DNA from: Girardia tigrina
Lineage: Eukaryota
Direction: 5' to 3'
DNA length: 55,094 nt
Assembly: GCA_001938485.1 (NCBI GenBank)
Contig: MQRK01252713.1
Location: 1 to 55,094 of the forward strand
A program made the translations under genes and the position numbers. This document shows positions 38,391-50,940 of the stretch, in pieces; position 1 is the stretch's first letter, and every line of letters begins with the position of its first letter. The notes beneath the pieces are model-generated. The model searched no databases. It was not told where the DNA came from and worked only from the letters and a program-made list of their open reading frames with translations.

Positions 38391-39860
38391 TTCAAGGGTA
38401 CATCAATATGAAAGTTGAAAGATCGAGTATAACAAATGAATAAAATATTTTAAGTTATTTCTGAGAATGAATACATCTAGTCCAGTCAACACAATATAGA
38501 GAATCTCTATTATAGATAGTTCGAGAATGGTACTAGGGAATGAATTGGCGAAAGTCGAGTTTCTTTTGGATTGACGAATTGAAGGATGTAGTTTATTCAA
38601 TACTAAAAATAGTACCGTCAGGGTATGGGGAGCGTTGCGATATTTTTCGTGATTGTCAAAGAGGTAGTTTTAAGAACTCAGCTCTTGGTCGAGATATTTC
38701 ACAGGTTTAGATATGGGCGTATTAAAAGAAAATTTCGAGGTTACTGGTATTTTAATATCCAAAGCAATTCATAATTCAGATATTGATTAATTTTTATTTT
38801 TTTCATTTTTGAATAATTTTTAATAATCAATATCTCTAATTACAGTTTAATAAAAATTATTTCTAAGTATAGAGCTTAGAGAATCACTCCCCAGATGGTG
38901 CTGGTCCTGAATAATTAAATTATGTTCTGAGCAATCATTATAACAAATTAAAAAATATCAAACTGTAATGTCAAAGAAACTAAAGAAAAAGAAAAGAATC
39001 AAATTTGTAGAAATAAAACGATAAAGATCATTAAAAAAATTAAAATAAGTCTGAGTGAAAATTGTAACCAACGTATGTCAAAGTATTTAACCTGTTCAAT
39101 AATATTTCGCAATGGTTAATGAAATAACTCTGTACATATTGCTAGTTGACTCGAGGACTTGAAGTGATTTCAACTTTATTCTTTTAAAAATTTGAAAAAA
39201 ATTAGAATATCTTAACCTCCACAACATTTAAAATATGAATCAAATGCAATAGTTCAATAATGATGTGACGGAGTAGCAAAAACCTTTTCACTATCACATA
39301 CTTGATTTCAAAGCCATCGTGAACCCTTGATGTACTTTAAGTGGAAGACGTCAACATGTTTTTAATCGACTATTACAATGTTGATAAATTCATTTATTAT
39401 AAAAATAAACCGATAATAATAGTAATTTAAAAATAGATAAAACGACATTCAGTGATTTAACATCAAATAATTCAAATTTAAATTAAATAAAAAAAACAAT
39501 TATAATAAAATATTATATTAATTAATATTATTTTATAATAAATAACATATACATAAATTTTATATATTGTTGAGTAATATTAACTATTTAATAGAAAAAT
39601 AAATTTAAATTTGAAAATCAAGACATAGACATATATTTTGTGAACACTAATTTAATATTTTTGAAAATAATTTCAATTAAGCATTTTTAAGAAATTGAAT
39701 ATTGTTCAGTTTTCGGAATTTCAAATTTTAAAATCGTTAAATAAAATTTATAAAACTTTTCGCCATTGTTATCCACTAATCTCTGATAACTACATTAATA
39801 AATAAATCATCCCCTTTACACTAACTTCAAAGAAAAAAAAACATTATAATGAACAAACAT

Positions 39861-39905
39861 AAGTGCTGATGATGGAAAAAGAATTTCTGAAACATGTTCA
39901 ATAAT
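39861..39905 (+). ncRNA. Minimal type-I hammerhead ribozyme-like motif
   Basis: CTGATGA-T-GGAAA AAGAA TTTCT-GAAA-CATG-TT-CAATA: canonical core, 5-bp stem II with a G-U closing pair and a palindromic CATG loop III. Stem I is weak. Confidence 0.55.
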
Positions 39906-41094
39906 CAATTTTCTAAAAAACAAATTTAACAAAATTATTTTTCAAAGCAAAATGTATAAATATTTATTTATTTATAATATATAATCAACAGAATAATTAT
40001 AAAATCAATCAAATTAATTATAAATCGATGTAGAGAATTATCGAAAAATGACAAAGCACTGAAATTAGTATGGAAAGTTTATCACCACAACCTCCAAACA
40101 GCCAGTATCAATAAATAACCACGCACACACACAGCAACGCACACACATGCACACATGTACACTGTTATTACTCTAATGGATGGCCTAGATCTAATCGGGT
40201 TATTGTCGTCATAGTAAATTACATGTTATTGACACCGGCAGCTGTCACCATATATCGCTAATACCATGACAACGAGCCGATTGGGAATTGGAATAATTGT
40301 TATATTAATGCTGGGAATGGTTACCATCCGGTGAATTCAATAAACTGATTTCAGACATCAATTATATTATTTCGTGTTCTGTTATCTTTCTGTCACATAC
40401 CAACGAGATCTGAGAGCCTTTGGAATCGTGATTCACTGCCATGCCCCGGCGGAATATCGTTTCCATGTCACTTACGACTTTCACTACGGGAAATAATTAT
40501 TTTATAGATTATAATAATAGTAATTAAACTATTTGTAATATAAATAAATAATTATTGTAATTAATTTCATACTTTTGTATGTATACATTACAAAGAGGAC
40601 TTTTTATACCTACGTTTTTATCATTTACTAAAAAGGATATTATAACAGACTTTTATGTATGGGTGAAATTATGAGTGGTTATTGTAAACGAAAAATTAAC
40701 ATGACCCAAATTTATTCAACTATTTATTAAAATTTATTACTAAAGCTAAATTTTCGTGTTTGTAAATTTATTTTATTCATAAATTTTTAAAATTTGAAAA
40801 TATTTTTTAATCTTAATATTCAAGAATTCAGGATAAAAATAATTAGCGTGAAAAAAATAAAAAAAAATAATTTTACAAAACTTTCAATGAACATGATTAA
40901 ATTTCATATTAAAATTATGACACTGGAGTTTCATTTATTCGATGAAATTTCTTTACTCTTCTCTTGTTTTTGCTTTTACAGTCGTTGAATCTCTTCTGAA
41001 TTCTCTTTCTGGCGTTCTCTATATCAGAGTTGTCCCTTCTCTATCAAGTCTTTTCTATCGTTCTTCGAGTAACCCTATCTATTTTCTTTGTCAT

Positions 41095-41266
41095 TGTAAG
41101 GAGGCACACAAATCATTTTCAAAGATTTATTTATACCCACAATTCTATCATATTATTTAAACACCAATTCAGGAGAATTAATAAAAATATGGTGAATCCT
41201 TTTTAAATATAAATATCAATATGTTTTTAATATAATATCGATTGTTTATAATTAGTCATCCTTACA
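41095..41266 (-). repeat. 3' LTR (172 bp)
   Basis: TGTAAGGA...TCCTTACA 8-bp inverted termini. By manual count it differs from the 5' LTR by 9 substitutions and one 2-bp indel. Confidence 0.95.
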
Positions 41267-42400
41267 CCCCTCTTCTTTAAAATGCTTTAGCCATTCTACA
41301 TTCCTACAAATTATTCGACCCGTCTTATTTTTCATTTCTACACAACGATCATGTGTTTTTTTAATAATCTCATACACCCCTTCATACCGGTCCGTTCCTT
41401 TTTATCTGTTTTCTATTCTTAATAAAACTAAATCACCTTCTTTAAATTCGTGCCTCAGTGTTACTGACATTGGTGATTCTGTTTCAGTCATTAGAACTTT
41501 TTCAATTACTTTCTTGTTGTCAAACTCATAATGACGCGAACCATCTCGATTTATTTCCCCAGAATAACTTCTGCCAGACTGCATCCAATAGTCTTTTGCG
41601 TGGATGCATTCATACTAAATTCGATTTCTGTGAGCAAATCCACCCAGTTTCTTCCATTTTTTTTCTTTCAGATAGGCATGTAATGCATCCCGAATCGTTC
41701 GAAATTGGCACTCGATTATCCCATTCGCATTGTGGTGATATGGACTTGAAAACCGTATCTCAATTAACATGGATCTAGCATATTCTAAGAATCTTTGAGA
41801 TTCGAAAACTTTACCTCGATCCATTATACATCCTGGTGCACCGAATCTGAATATCCACTTTTACTGAATCATATTCATCACTGTCGCTTCATCTTGATTG
41901 ATCCCGGTTGTTAATACGATGTATCGGCTGAATCTATCAATAATGCCCAAAATGTATTTCTTTCCCTTAGTAACGAGTAGAGGCCCACAAAAATCGATAT
42001 AAATGTCGTCGAACGGCTGTATGGAAACCAAGTTTATTATTGTTTCTTTGGTGGCTTCTATATATGTTTTTGATGTTTGACATGTTACACAACTCCGAAC
42101 AATTACTTCTACTTGTTTTGCGAATTCTCCCATATAATATTTATTTTTCATGAATTAGTACGTTTTATCGACTCCTGCATGACACAGAAATTGGTGGGAA
42201 AATGTGATACAATATTTCCTAGAGTCTTTCGGTATCCAGACCTTATCATTTAATGTTCTAATACACCCCTTACTTCTTTTGATTCTAACGGCCTTACCTT
42301 CGTCCAATTTTACACATATTTCTCTGATTTCCTCATTATTCGTATGCCACGGAATTGGTGACATGTCTTCACTTAGCACCAGCATTCTCGTTCGTGATCT
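41252..42400 (-). pseudogene. Gypsy integrase (HHCC + DDE), disrupted
   Basis: HQFLCHAG...CVTCQ, IYIDFCGPL, IIDRFSRY, MDRGKVFES and SPYHHNANGIIEC, with stops and frameshifts. C-terminus WLKHFKEEGCKDD* ends inside the LTR. Confidence 0.92.
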
Positions 42401-42401
42401 A

Positions 42402-43667
42402 TGTTGGGTTCTTGATGAAAATTATAATTCAGTAACACCAAATTTTATTTCTAACACAAATAACAATTATTCAAACAAATTTTAGTAGAGGAACTTTTCT
42501 TCGTTTTCTTTTTGACCATATTTTTATATAAAAATATGGAATTATAAATACTGATAAGCTATTTTAAAATTGAAATTTTGTTTTTCTCTTTATTTTGAAA
42601 ATTTACATTCCACTATTTTAAGTAACTTAATTTAAATTAAAACCAACATAATTTATTATAGTCATATTTTTACTAAATTAATAAAAATGATTTTTATTAT
42701 TTTAGAATTAGTTTAATGTTATTTCTTTTATTTGTAAAAATGTTTTTAAGTAATAAAAGATTTTAACGTTTTATTTATTATTAATATTTCAGTTTAAAAG
42801 CCTTTTATTACCTACAATAATTTAAAATACAAAAATATACAATTTTAAATACAATTTGTTTTAAATACAATTTAAAAGCATTTTTTAATTACAATTATTT
42901 TCAATACAATAAAAATTTTTAACCCTATAATGCGCCGTGATTCATATTTGAATCAACCATATTTTACCTCAATATCTTTTAATCACGTGATATTCTTTGA
43001 GTGTTTACATACTGTGAACCAAAAACATTGTCTATGGAATGATAACTGCCCATAAAGTCATAGATGCAATATATTTTGTCAACAAAAATGACAGTTCAGT
43101 TTGTAATACTGGCATATTTTTTTATGATAATTAAAAAAATTGCGCATTGTAAGGTTAATACAATTTAAATACAAAAAATAATTTCCAGTATTCAAATTTT
43201 TATTATTATTACGACACATTAATGATAAAAAGTTTTAATTTTTATTTTTTTTGCGAAAACTTTTAGAATTAAGTATTTGTCAAATCTTTAATTTGCAGAA
43301 TTTCAAACTGACTTTAAAATTGAAAATTATCTGTTTTTTTTCATTTACATCTCTGACAAAAAAGTTCTATATTTTATTTTTTAGAATAACCTTTAAAATA
43401 AGTACAAACATATTTATCCTTCTCTTTATATATTTCTTTTAAATCAATTATTTACAAATCCATTATTTCCCAATTAATTTCATTTTAAGTTTTTACTCTA
43501 CAATTAAAATTTGATTATTTCCGAAAATAACTTTTTAAAATTATTTAAGATATATTTTTTAATTATAATTGCTTAAAAAACTTTTGATTTTAAATATTTC
43601 CTTATTTTAGAAATTCTTTATAAAATTAATTGTTTTAAAAATTTTAAGAGTGAGCCTGTTCTTCACA
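42402..43667. mobile_element. AT-rich insertion (solo-LTR-like TG...CA) in the RNase H-integrase linker
   Basis: Flanked by a 5-bp duplication (TCTAT 42398-42402 and 43669-43673, or ATCTA/GTCTA if the ends are TG...CA). Removing it restores the pol frame HEHAKSNRSRTRMLVLSED. Confidence 0.8.
42923..43154. mobile_element. piggyBac-type MITE, family A (second copy)
   Basis: TTAA-CCCTATAATGCGC...GCGCATTGTAAGG-TTAA, a near-identical reverse complement of 16985-17227. Confidence 0.9.
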
Positions 43668-43668
43668 G

Positions 43669-45100
43669 TCTATTTGATTTCGCATGTTCGTGTATCAAAA
43701 GACACTGTGCACTTGCCATACAATCTTTCCGTGACAACGCAACTGCATTCTGATGTAGTGTTCCTTTCCGGTATTTTAACTCCATATCTAAACTACTTAA
43801 ATAATTCATCCAATTCTGAAATTGGGGCGTTATTGCTTTCTTTGTGGTCATCATAAATTCTATTGCCTTATGGTCTGTTCTCAATTTTAATCGGGCACCG
43901 CATAAGTTTCGTTTAAAATGTTGGGTAAAGTGAAAAATGGTTAGTAGCTCTTTCCTCTTAATACAATAGCCAATGTCATATTTTGACATCGTCTTAGATC
44001 CATACGCATTTACTTATTCATTTCCATCGTCATTTAGCTGTGCCAATACAGCACATATTGTGTCAAATGAAGCATCGGTATCTAATATGAATTCTTTCTT
44101 GAAATCCGGATAACATAATACTGGTGTAGTCGACAGCGCTTCCTTCAACTTATTAAATGCTTTGATATGAAATTCTAACCAATACAAAGAGTTCTTTGTA
44201 CTTACACACATCTCTTCTAATGGTTTTGACAATTTTGAATAGTCCTTAATAAATTTTCTATAATAGTTATATAATCCTAAAAAACTACGTAGTTTTTTTA
44301 TGCAGTTCGGCCTTTCGAAATCTTGAATTGTTTTAACCTTCTCTGCATCAGTTTTAATACCATCTCTATTTACAATGTGGCCCAGAAACTCTTTTTGAAA
44401 AAATCTACATTTTTTCTGGTTTTATTCGTAGTCCTACTGTTTGAATTTCACTATAATCCCATGATTCTCTAAATTCATTATGGCTTCATCAATATGCTTT
44501 TCCAAATGGGTCGGTTGTTGACGAAGTTTTTGTTGAATTGGTTTCCCCACGGTTTTTATTTCGTATTTAACTAAAGTCGTTTTTCCAATGTCCCACTTAC
44601 CAGCCATGAAAATATTTCTAAATTTATCTACGCAAGTGTACAACTTTGTATCAGTTTGTAGTTTTAACTTACATTTCGCATTTTGTAGCCTTTTTTCTTC
44701 GGTATATTGATTTTTACTTATATAGGGATCAATCGCTCATATCTCCATATTTGGAATGTTCATCAATCTGTCTTCTATTATGTTAACATCTCCCTGATAT
44801 TTTAATTCAAAACCCAAAGCCTCAATTAATTTTATTCCACAAATTACCAATGGAAATACTGTCTTGGCCACATAAATACTCCATCTATTTTGGTATTTCT
44901 CCAAATAATCCCTAATCTACTTACACCAATAACCTCCATACCATTTCCATTGGCAAACACTACTGCTAGCTCTGCTTTATTATCCACTAAAAGCCCTAAT
45001 TTTGTAACAATTTTCTGATCTAGTACATTTATTCGGGTGTCGAATAAAAAATTCACTTCCCAGCCATCAATATTTGCTTTCATACTCAGCCTCCAAATAA
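43669..45100 (-). pseudogene. Gypsy protease, internally deleted RT and RNase H
   Basis: PR: VNFLFDT. RT N-terminus: DIGKTTLVKYEI...GII. RT C-terminus: GLRIKPEK, EFLGH, LRSFLGLYNYYRKFI. RH: FILDTDAS, KELL, LRTDHKAI. Confidence 0.92.
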
Positions 45101-45369
45101 ATATACCATAATCTAACTTCATTTTTGAATTCATTAAAAGCTCTCTCATTTTCCTTTCATTTCCCTTCTCATTTATCCATTTATTATTTGATTCAAGCAC
45201 TTTTTATTTTTATAATTTGGGGTCATACTATTAACATTGTTTTCCTTAATACTTTTATTATTCTTATAAATATTATCAATATCATAATTATCATTAATAT
45301 TTTTACTATTATAAATACAATTACATTTAATACTATTACATATATAATGATTCAAAATCTTCTTACCAT

Positions 45370-46381
45370 TTAGTTTATGGCTCCCATCGCCTCCTGATGT
45401 GACAGAGCCTCGAAGTTTGATGGGTTCTTCGATTCAACTCACGATTGTCGAGTTCCATCCGTTTCATCCATTCCCGCAATAATCACTTTGGGAGACGAAT
45501 CCTGTTGGTTAAATCGATAACGATTATCTGACCTACTACCGTCTTCTTTTCTGTTACATTGATACTGCAGATGGCCGTTTGCTCCACATGTTCCTCATTT
45601 TAACTATGGGCAATCTCTTCTTATATGTCCCTAGCCTCTGCATCCATAACAATTTGTCTCATTTTCTGGGCATGTACGTCGGATGTGTCCCTTCTTTCCA
45701 CATCCAGAACACGTGATATTGTGGTTTTCTGTTCTTAAGTTCGATTGTTTCGGTGTTCATGTCATTGTTTTTCTTAATTCGTTGCAAAATTGCATTTTCC
45801 TTGGTTGTTGTTGTTGAAAATCAATTTTCTCCTTCAGCACCTTTGCGTACGTATTTTTCCGGTAAATATTAGCCACTTCTGAAGCTTGGACTTCCGCGTG
45901 GATCATATCCATTTTTTGATTACCATTTTAATTTTTTCTGGTGACTTTGCTTCAAACAAATAGATTTGAGTTTTTACATCAACATCTTCGACACAATGTG
46001 TCAAAAAGTATCTCATTAACTCAGTTTTATTTTGTTTGTGGCTTAAAATTTTGTCCACCATTTTTCAACTTTATTATAATATGAATTTAACGAATCCGAT
46101 CCCTTTCTATAATTGATAATATCCTGAAGGTCATGGATTAATGACGATGGCTTCTTGAATGCCTTTCGAAGACGCTCCGCAAAATTCTTTATTTTCTCAT
46201 GCACTGCTTCGTATATTGATAGAAGATCCTTGTTGATAAAAGCCTTCACAACCAGAGCTTGTATCGTTTCGTTTACCTGAGATAGTTCGAAAAACCTCTG
46301 GCACTCGATAATAAATTGTTCAAAATCATTGTATTCGTCATATATATTTGGAGACAAAATGTTGTAAGGCTTGGTCCCCAT
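45370..46381 (-). pseudogene. Gypsy gag with three CCHC zinc knuckles
   Basis: MGTKPYNILSPNIYDEYNDFEQFI..., knuckles CSGCGKKGHIRRTC, CYGCRG*GHIRRDC and *GTCGANGHLQYQC at ~45555-45715, ending EAMGAIN*. Confidence 0.9.
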
Positions 46382-46550
46382 GTAAGGAGGCACAAGTCAT
46401 TTTCAAAGATTTATTTATATCCACAATTCTACCATATTATTTAAACAACAATTCCGGAGAATTAATAAAAGTATTGTGAATCCTTTTTAAATATTAATAT
46501 CAATATGTTTTTAATATAATATAGATTGTTTATAATTAGTCATCCTTACA
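46381..46550 (-). repeat. 5' LTR (170 bp)
   Basis: Direct repeat of 41095-41266. Confidence 0.95.
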
Positions 46551-47054
46551 GCCATGAAATTGTATCGTATTAAATATTTCAATTTTTTAAAAATATTAAC
46601 AAATTAGTATTGTAGGAAGATAATAATTGAGCATTAATTATTAAAAAAATAACCTTGACCCTAAACCTAACGCTAACTCTAACCCTATATAAACGAAATG
46701 TTGATATTATAATTAACGAAAATTTTAAAAATTATACTAAAGTGATTTTTATCAATATAATTAATAAATAAGTGATAGAAATCGTCATTTATAAATTAAA
46801 TTAATGGTTATTTAGTATTGTCATAAAACTTCACATGAAATTACGTGTAGGAATCATCCCAATCAGTATTGATCAGTGTTAATTTAACAGTCTTTCCACC
46901 AGTACGGCAAAAGTGCTGCATCGACAGAACCGTCTCGATGCCGGATATCCAGATTATTTACGTCTTTTCTTGAATTCGCTTCGATTCCTCAGCCATTTCG
47001 CATTTTTATCAAAGCACGACCGACAAACCAACAAACAAACTAATATTTTAGACA

Positions 47055-47097
<43 letters not shown>

Positions 47098-47169
47098 TTA
47101 ATGCTTAAATATTGCATTGCCNATCAAAGCACGACCGACAAACCAACAAACAAACTAATATTTTAGACA

Positions 47170-47208
<39 letters not shown>

Positions 47209-47658
47209 TTAATGCTTAAATATTGCATTGCCATTTGATTCTGAGGTATGTTTAAAGTTTCAGAACTGTAGCTAAACAAGAAAGCAACGAAAATTTGATT
47301 GATTAAAACATGCTTTTTAAATCCAAGCTTATATTTTAATTGATTCTGTGATAAAAAAACGGAACTCTGCTAATATTTTGCATATCAGAATTCAATTTTA
47401 ACTGGTGTTCCATAGAGAACGCTGATATCTAAACTTATAATTTGTTCACGTCAATATGATAAGGATTCTCTCATTTTTAGTTGTCTTTTTTCACGTTATT
47501 CATAAAATCTGTTACTACAACAATTATTGTAATAATCTTACTTGTTCTGTAATTTTATATTTATATTGTCTAGAAGAAACACATAGATACAACATACAAG
47601 ATTATCACCGCAAAAAAATGATTAATTCAAGATAGAGTAAATAAAATAATAATTACTT

Positions 47659-48021
47659 TTAGCCTAGGTAGTAATAGCGTTCTGTCGTTGATATGTCGGC
47701 CACTGGATAGTTCTGAGGCGACCGGCACATCTTATTTGTAGAGGAACTTGTTGGCGGGTTTGATCGGTCGGTTCCAGTGCCCACCGGTCGGTGTGTCGGA
47801 GTGAACCGGTACTGCAACTGATCTACAGTGGGTCCCCGAAGAGTGTCACCAAGCACGCGGCGATCGATGTTGTTGGGAACGTGGGAGAGTGCGGTTGGCC
47901 GTGCCTCATCACCCGTATTGATCCTGTCGGCGGTGTCGTGTCGGTTGGTGGTCCACTCGACGAGTCCGAGTGAATGGCCCGAGTGCCGATTCTCTGAATG
48001 AGGCATTGGTAGATTCAGCAA
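47659..48021 (-). mobile_element. Probable LTR-retrotransposon pol C-terminal tail
   Basis: GC-rich ORF with TVDQLQYR (similar to the HVDQL integrase tail motif), followed by a Pro/Thr/Ser-rich low-complexity tail. Confidence 0.35.
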
Positions 48022-48139
48022 AGCAGTTTAAATTCGATTGTTTAGCTGAACATGGAAATTGCGGTAACATGATTTTTGATAAAAAAATAAAACTCTGTCG
48101 ACTTATCCAGCTATCGCGGCAATAAATCGGATTAAATTT

Positions 48140-48425
48140 ACTGACACAGTCCGAAAGTTTGACGGGTGCGGTGATTTTGTAATTTGGTATCATAAGTTCG
48201 AAGCCGCAGTGGTGGTCTGCAACATCGACGAAACGGCGGCGCTACCGATACTCTTGTACAGTCGCACGTTTGATCTTTACTCGGGGTTGACGAGCAAGGA
48301 CAAACGAATCTATGAGGCGGTAAAGGCTGCACTGTTAGAAGCATTCGGGCCTGACCCACAAAAGGCGTTTCAGCAATTTAGATCGGGATGGATTCAACCA
48401 AGCGAATCGATCAAGGAGTATATGT
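48140..48425 (+). mobile_element. Gypsy-type gag N-terminal fragment
   Basis: VRKFDGCGDFVIWYHKFEAA...YEAVKAALLEAFGP...QPSESIKEY, matching the FDG..D...W..KFE and Q...ES..EY gag motifs. Confidence 0.75.
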
Positions 48426-48699
48426 TGTGCTGGACATGTTCGTTTGATAGTGGATGTGCATAGTTATTTGTTCATTGTCTATGGCGTGTTTGTAATTTTT
48501 GTAAAGTATTGTCTTACACATGTTCGTTGGATGGTGGATATGCATTATTGAAGAAAAAAAGTTCGTTGTCACCAATAATCAATAATTTATTAAATAGTAA
48601 AATTTCGAATTTGTTCAAATATTATTCTGCAAATTATTTCATATTGTTGAATATTTTTTACAAAATAGTTTCAAATCAATATCAAATTATTTTCGACAA

Positions 48700-48830
48700 T
48701 TTTTCTCGAATTTATTCCTAATAAATAATTCCGAATTAATTTCTTTGAAATTATTCGACGATTTTCAGTCCCGAAAAATGTCTCTCATACGAGACAATAA
48801 TCAAAGCATTTTCTGCAGTATGTTTTTGTG
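48700..48830 (-). mobile_element. hAT transposase C-terminal dimerisation-domain remnant
   Basis: Minus frame IVSYERHFSGLKIVE*FQRN resembles the S.ER.FS.LK.IK..LRN motif. Confidence 0.55.
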
Positions 48831-50390
48831 GAGCGGTTTATTATTACTTTATCAAAAAAATCGAATAGTTCTGTCTTCAATTCAAATTCACATTTGGACA
48901 AAAGTATAACTGATTTCAATATAAAATCTCACAAGTGCCCTTCCGAAATCATGGAAATTTTATTAATGCTCAAAAAACTATTTTTATGTTGTGATTCTGT
49001 TATTTTTTAAAAGACAGTATTAATATTATTGTGAGTGAGATATTATCAAATATTACAATAAAAAATCAATAAAACAATCAAAGGATAAATAATAATTACT
49101 TTCCGAGTTATGTTATGCTTGATGTCTTAGCTAATTAAAGTTCGTCATAACACAGTGTTTTTTATTTTTAATTATTGTTTACTTTTAACAACGTTTGTTT
49201 GCAGTTACGTTAATCCAATATTGTTCTATCTTTTGGATTAACCTAGTTTGAACATTGTTTGTCTATTTTTTTATATGAAGTCATAGTAGTGAATTTGATA
49301 AATCGGCGAATTAATTATTTTTACAAAAATGAAATATAATTATAAATTTGTGATTATAATTACTTAATTCCGAATTTCCTTAAAGAAACGAATGGCTTGA
49401 TTTACAAAAAAACAAATAATTTTAATTATCCTATTTCGTATTAATTAAAATATTAACAAAAATACAATTAAATATTCATTATTGCAATTAAATTAAAAAG
49501 TGATCAACTGAAATGTAAATGAAACGGAATTTCATTTAATTAAATTTTTAATGTCATTTTAAATCCTATTTTTCCATTTATTTATCAATATTAAGAGATT
49601 TTTAATTACACTAAATTATTTCTGTCTTAGAATTAAATCTATGGATATATTGAAAGAATTTTTATTTCTTTTAAATATCAATTTGAAAAAAAAATTATGT
49701 TGAACATTTTTATCGGAAAAAATATTTCTTAAAAAATTATTAAATAAAAATATTTTAATAAATATTTTTATAAAATATAATATATAATATATTAAAAGAT
49801 ATTATTATTAATATATTATTAAAAGATTTATTAATAATAACAAACCGAGAGGTACTTAGTAAATAAATTTAAAATAAAATTGTAAAGAATATTAACGAAT
49901 GTTGTTTTATAAAGTTGCGCTTGTTCTGCAAAGAGGGATAAATGTTTTTTTTAATAAATATTCTAATTATTTAGAAGATTTTTTATATTTATATTTTTTA
50001 TCTTTATAAAAATAATAATATACATTATCAATCTATTCATAAGTTTTAAAATACTTTACATAAAAAAGTAGAACATAATTTCTAATAAATTTGTAATGTA
50101 TCCGGAAAATATTAAAATTATTTTTTAATAAAACTTAAACGTATTCAAAAACTATATTTTGTAGATCAGTTGTCAAAATATCTTAGTAAAAAGAATATTC
50201 CTCAATAAAATAAAAGAAAATTGTAAAGTATTTTATTATAATTTTGATTAGAAAAAGAGTAAATATATATCTGTATATATTTAATTATGGTTAATTATAA
50301 AGTTCGTTCTTTTAATAGATGAACCAGTGAAAATGATCTATTAAGGAAGAAACATAGTTCAGTGGATTTGTGGAATAAAAAAAATAATCA

Positions 50391-50435
<45 letters not shown>

Positions 50436-50451
50436 TTTATTAACAATGTCG

Positions 50452-50693
50452 CCTAATTAACAATGCTTCACACGACAATCCCTCCCAATGCCTGTCAAAA
50501 TGCGTACACAGAATTTTGAAATTATCAAAATTAACATCACATTTACATTTTTTCCTATGTTCTGCAATATTTCTCTTACTCTCTTTTCGTAAAAAAATGT
50601 AAATGTGATGTTAATTTTGATAATTTCAAAATTCTTTGTAAGCATTTTGACAGTTATTGGGAGAGAGTGTCGTGTGAAGCATTGTTAATTAGG
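50452..50693. mobile_element. Foldback/palindromic MITE
   Basis: ~100-bp inverted arms (CCTAATTAACAATGCTTCACACGACA... / ...TGTCGTGTGAAGCATTGTTAATTAGG) around a ~35-bp spacer. Confidence 0.8.
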
Positions 50694-50725
50694 TCACGTT
50701 GCCCGAAAATCAATGTTCAATCGGC

Positions 50726-50940
50726 AGTCTCAACCAGCTTATTGAGAATTTTTGATTAACATGATTTCATGCAATCGATTACATAATCATCATTTTTGTA
50801 TTTATATACAGGTGAATTGATTATTAATTAGTGACCTGAACATGACGCTGGATCCGTCGAAATATATTGTCTTGAAATATATTTTTTAATGTATGAGTGT
50901 TGTTTTTTAAAAGAAAATTATCATCCGGATTTCGTTTTTT
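50726..50940 (+). mobile_element. Penelope-like terminal repeat (pLTR) with mutated hammerhead (50831-50871)
   Basis: GAC-CTGAACA-T-GACGC TGGAT CCGTC-GAAA-TATA-TT-GTC. Inverted copy at 53153-53364 and a homolog at 20040-20145 fused to PLE RT sequence. Confidence 0.65.

Larger units (their letters stand above)
41095..46550 (-). mobile_element. Ty3/Gypsy LTR retrotransposon, defective
   Basis: Two LTRs, TSD GTCAT/GCCAT (41090-41094, 46551-46555), PBS-like TGGGGACC next to the 5' LTR and PPT AAAGAAGAGGGG next to the 3' LTR. Domain order is gag-PR-RT-RH-IN. Confidence 0.97.

Noticed and set aside
38400-39360. Possible decayed non-LTR RT on the minus strand (IIEQVKYFDI; NSTFANSF)
   Set aside because: Motifs are too degenerate and no YADD-like motif was found.
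46651-46687. Degenerate (CCCTAA)n telomere-like run
   Set aside because: Only about six imperfect units, and such runs are common inside small DNA elements.
47008-47232. Near-exact ~110-bp tandem duplication around a single N at 47122
   Set aside because: Typical scaffolding overlap artefact at a (TA)n microsatellite.
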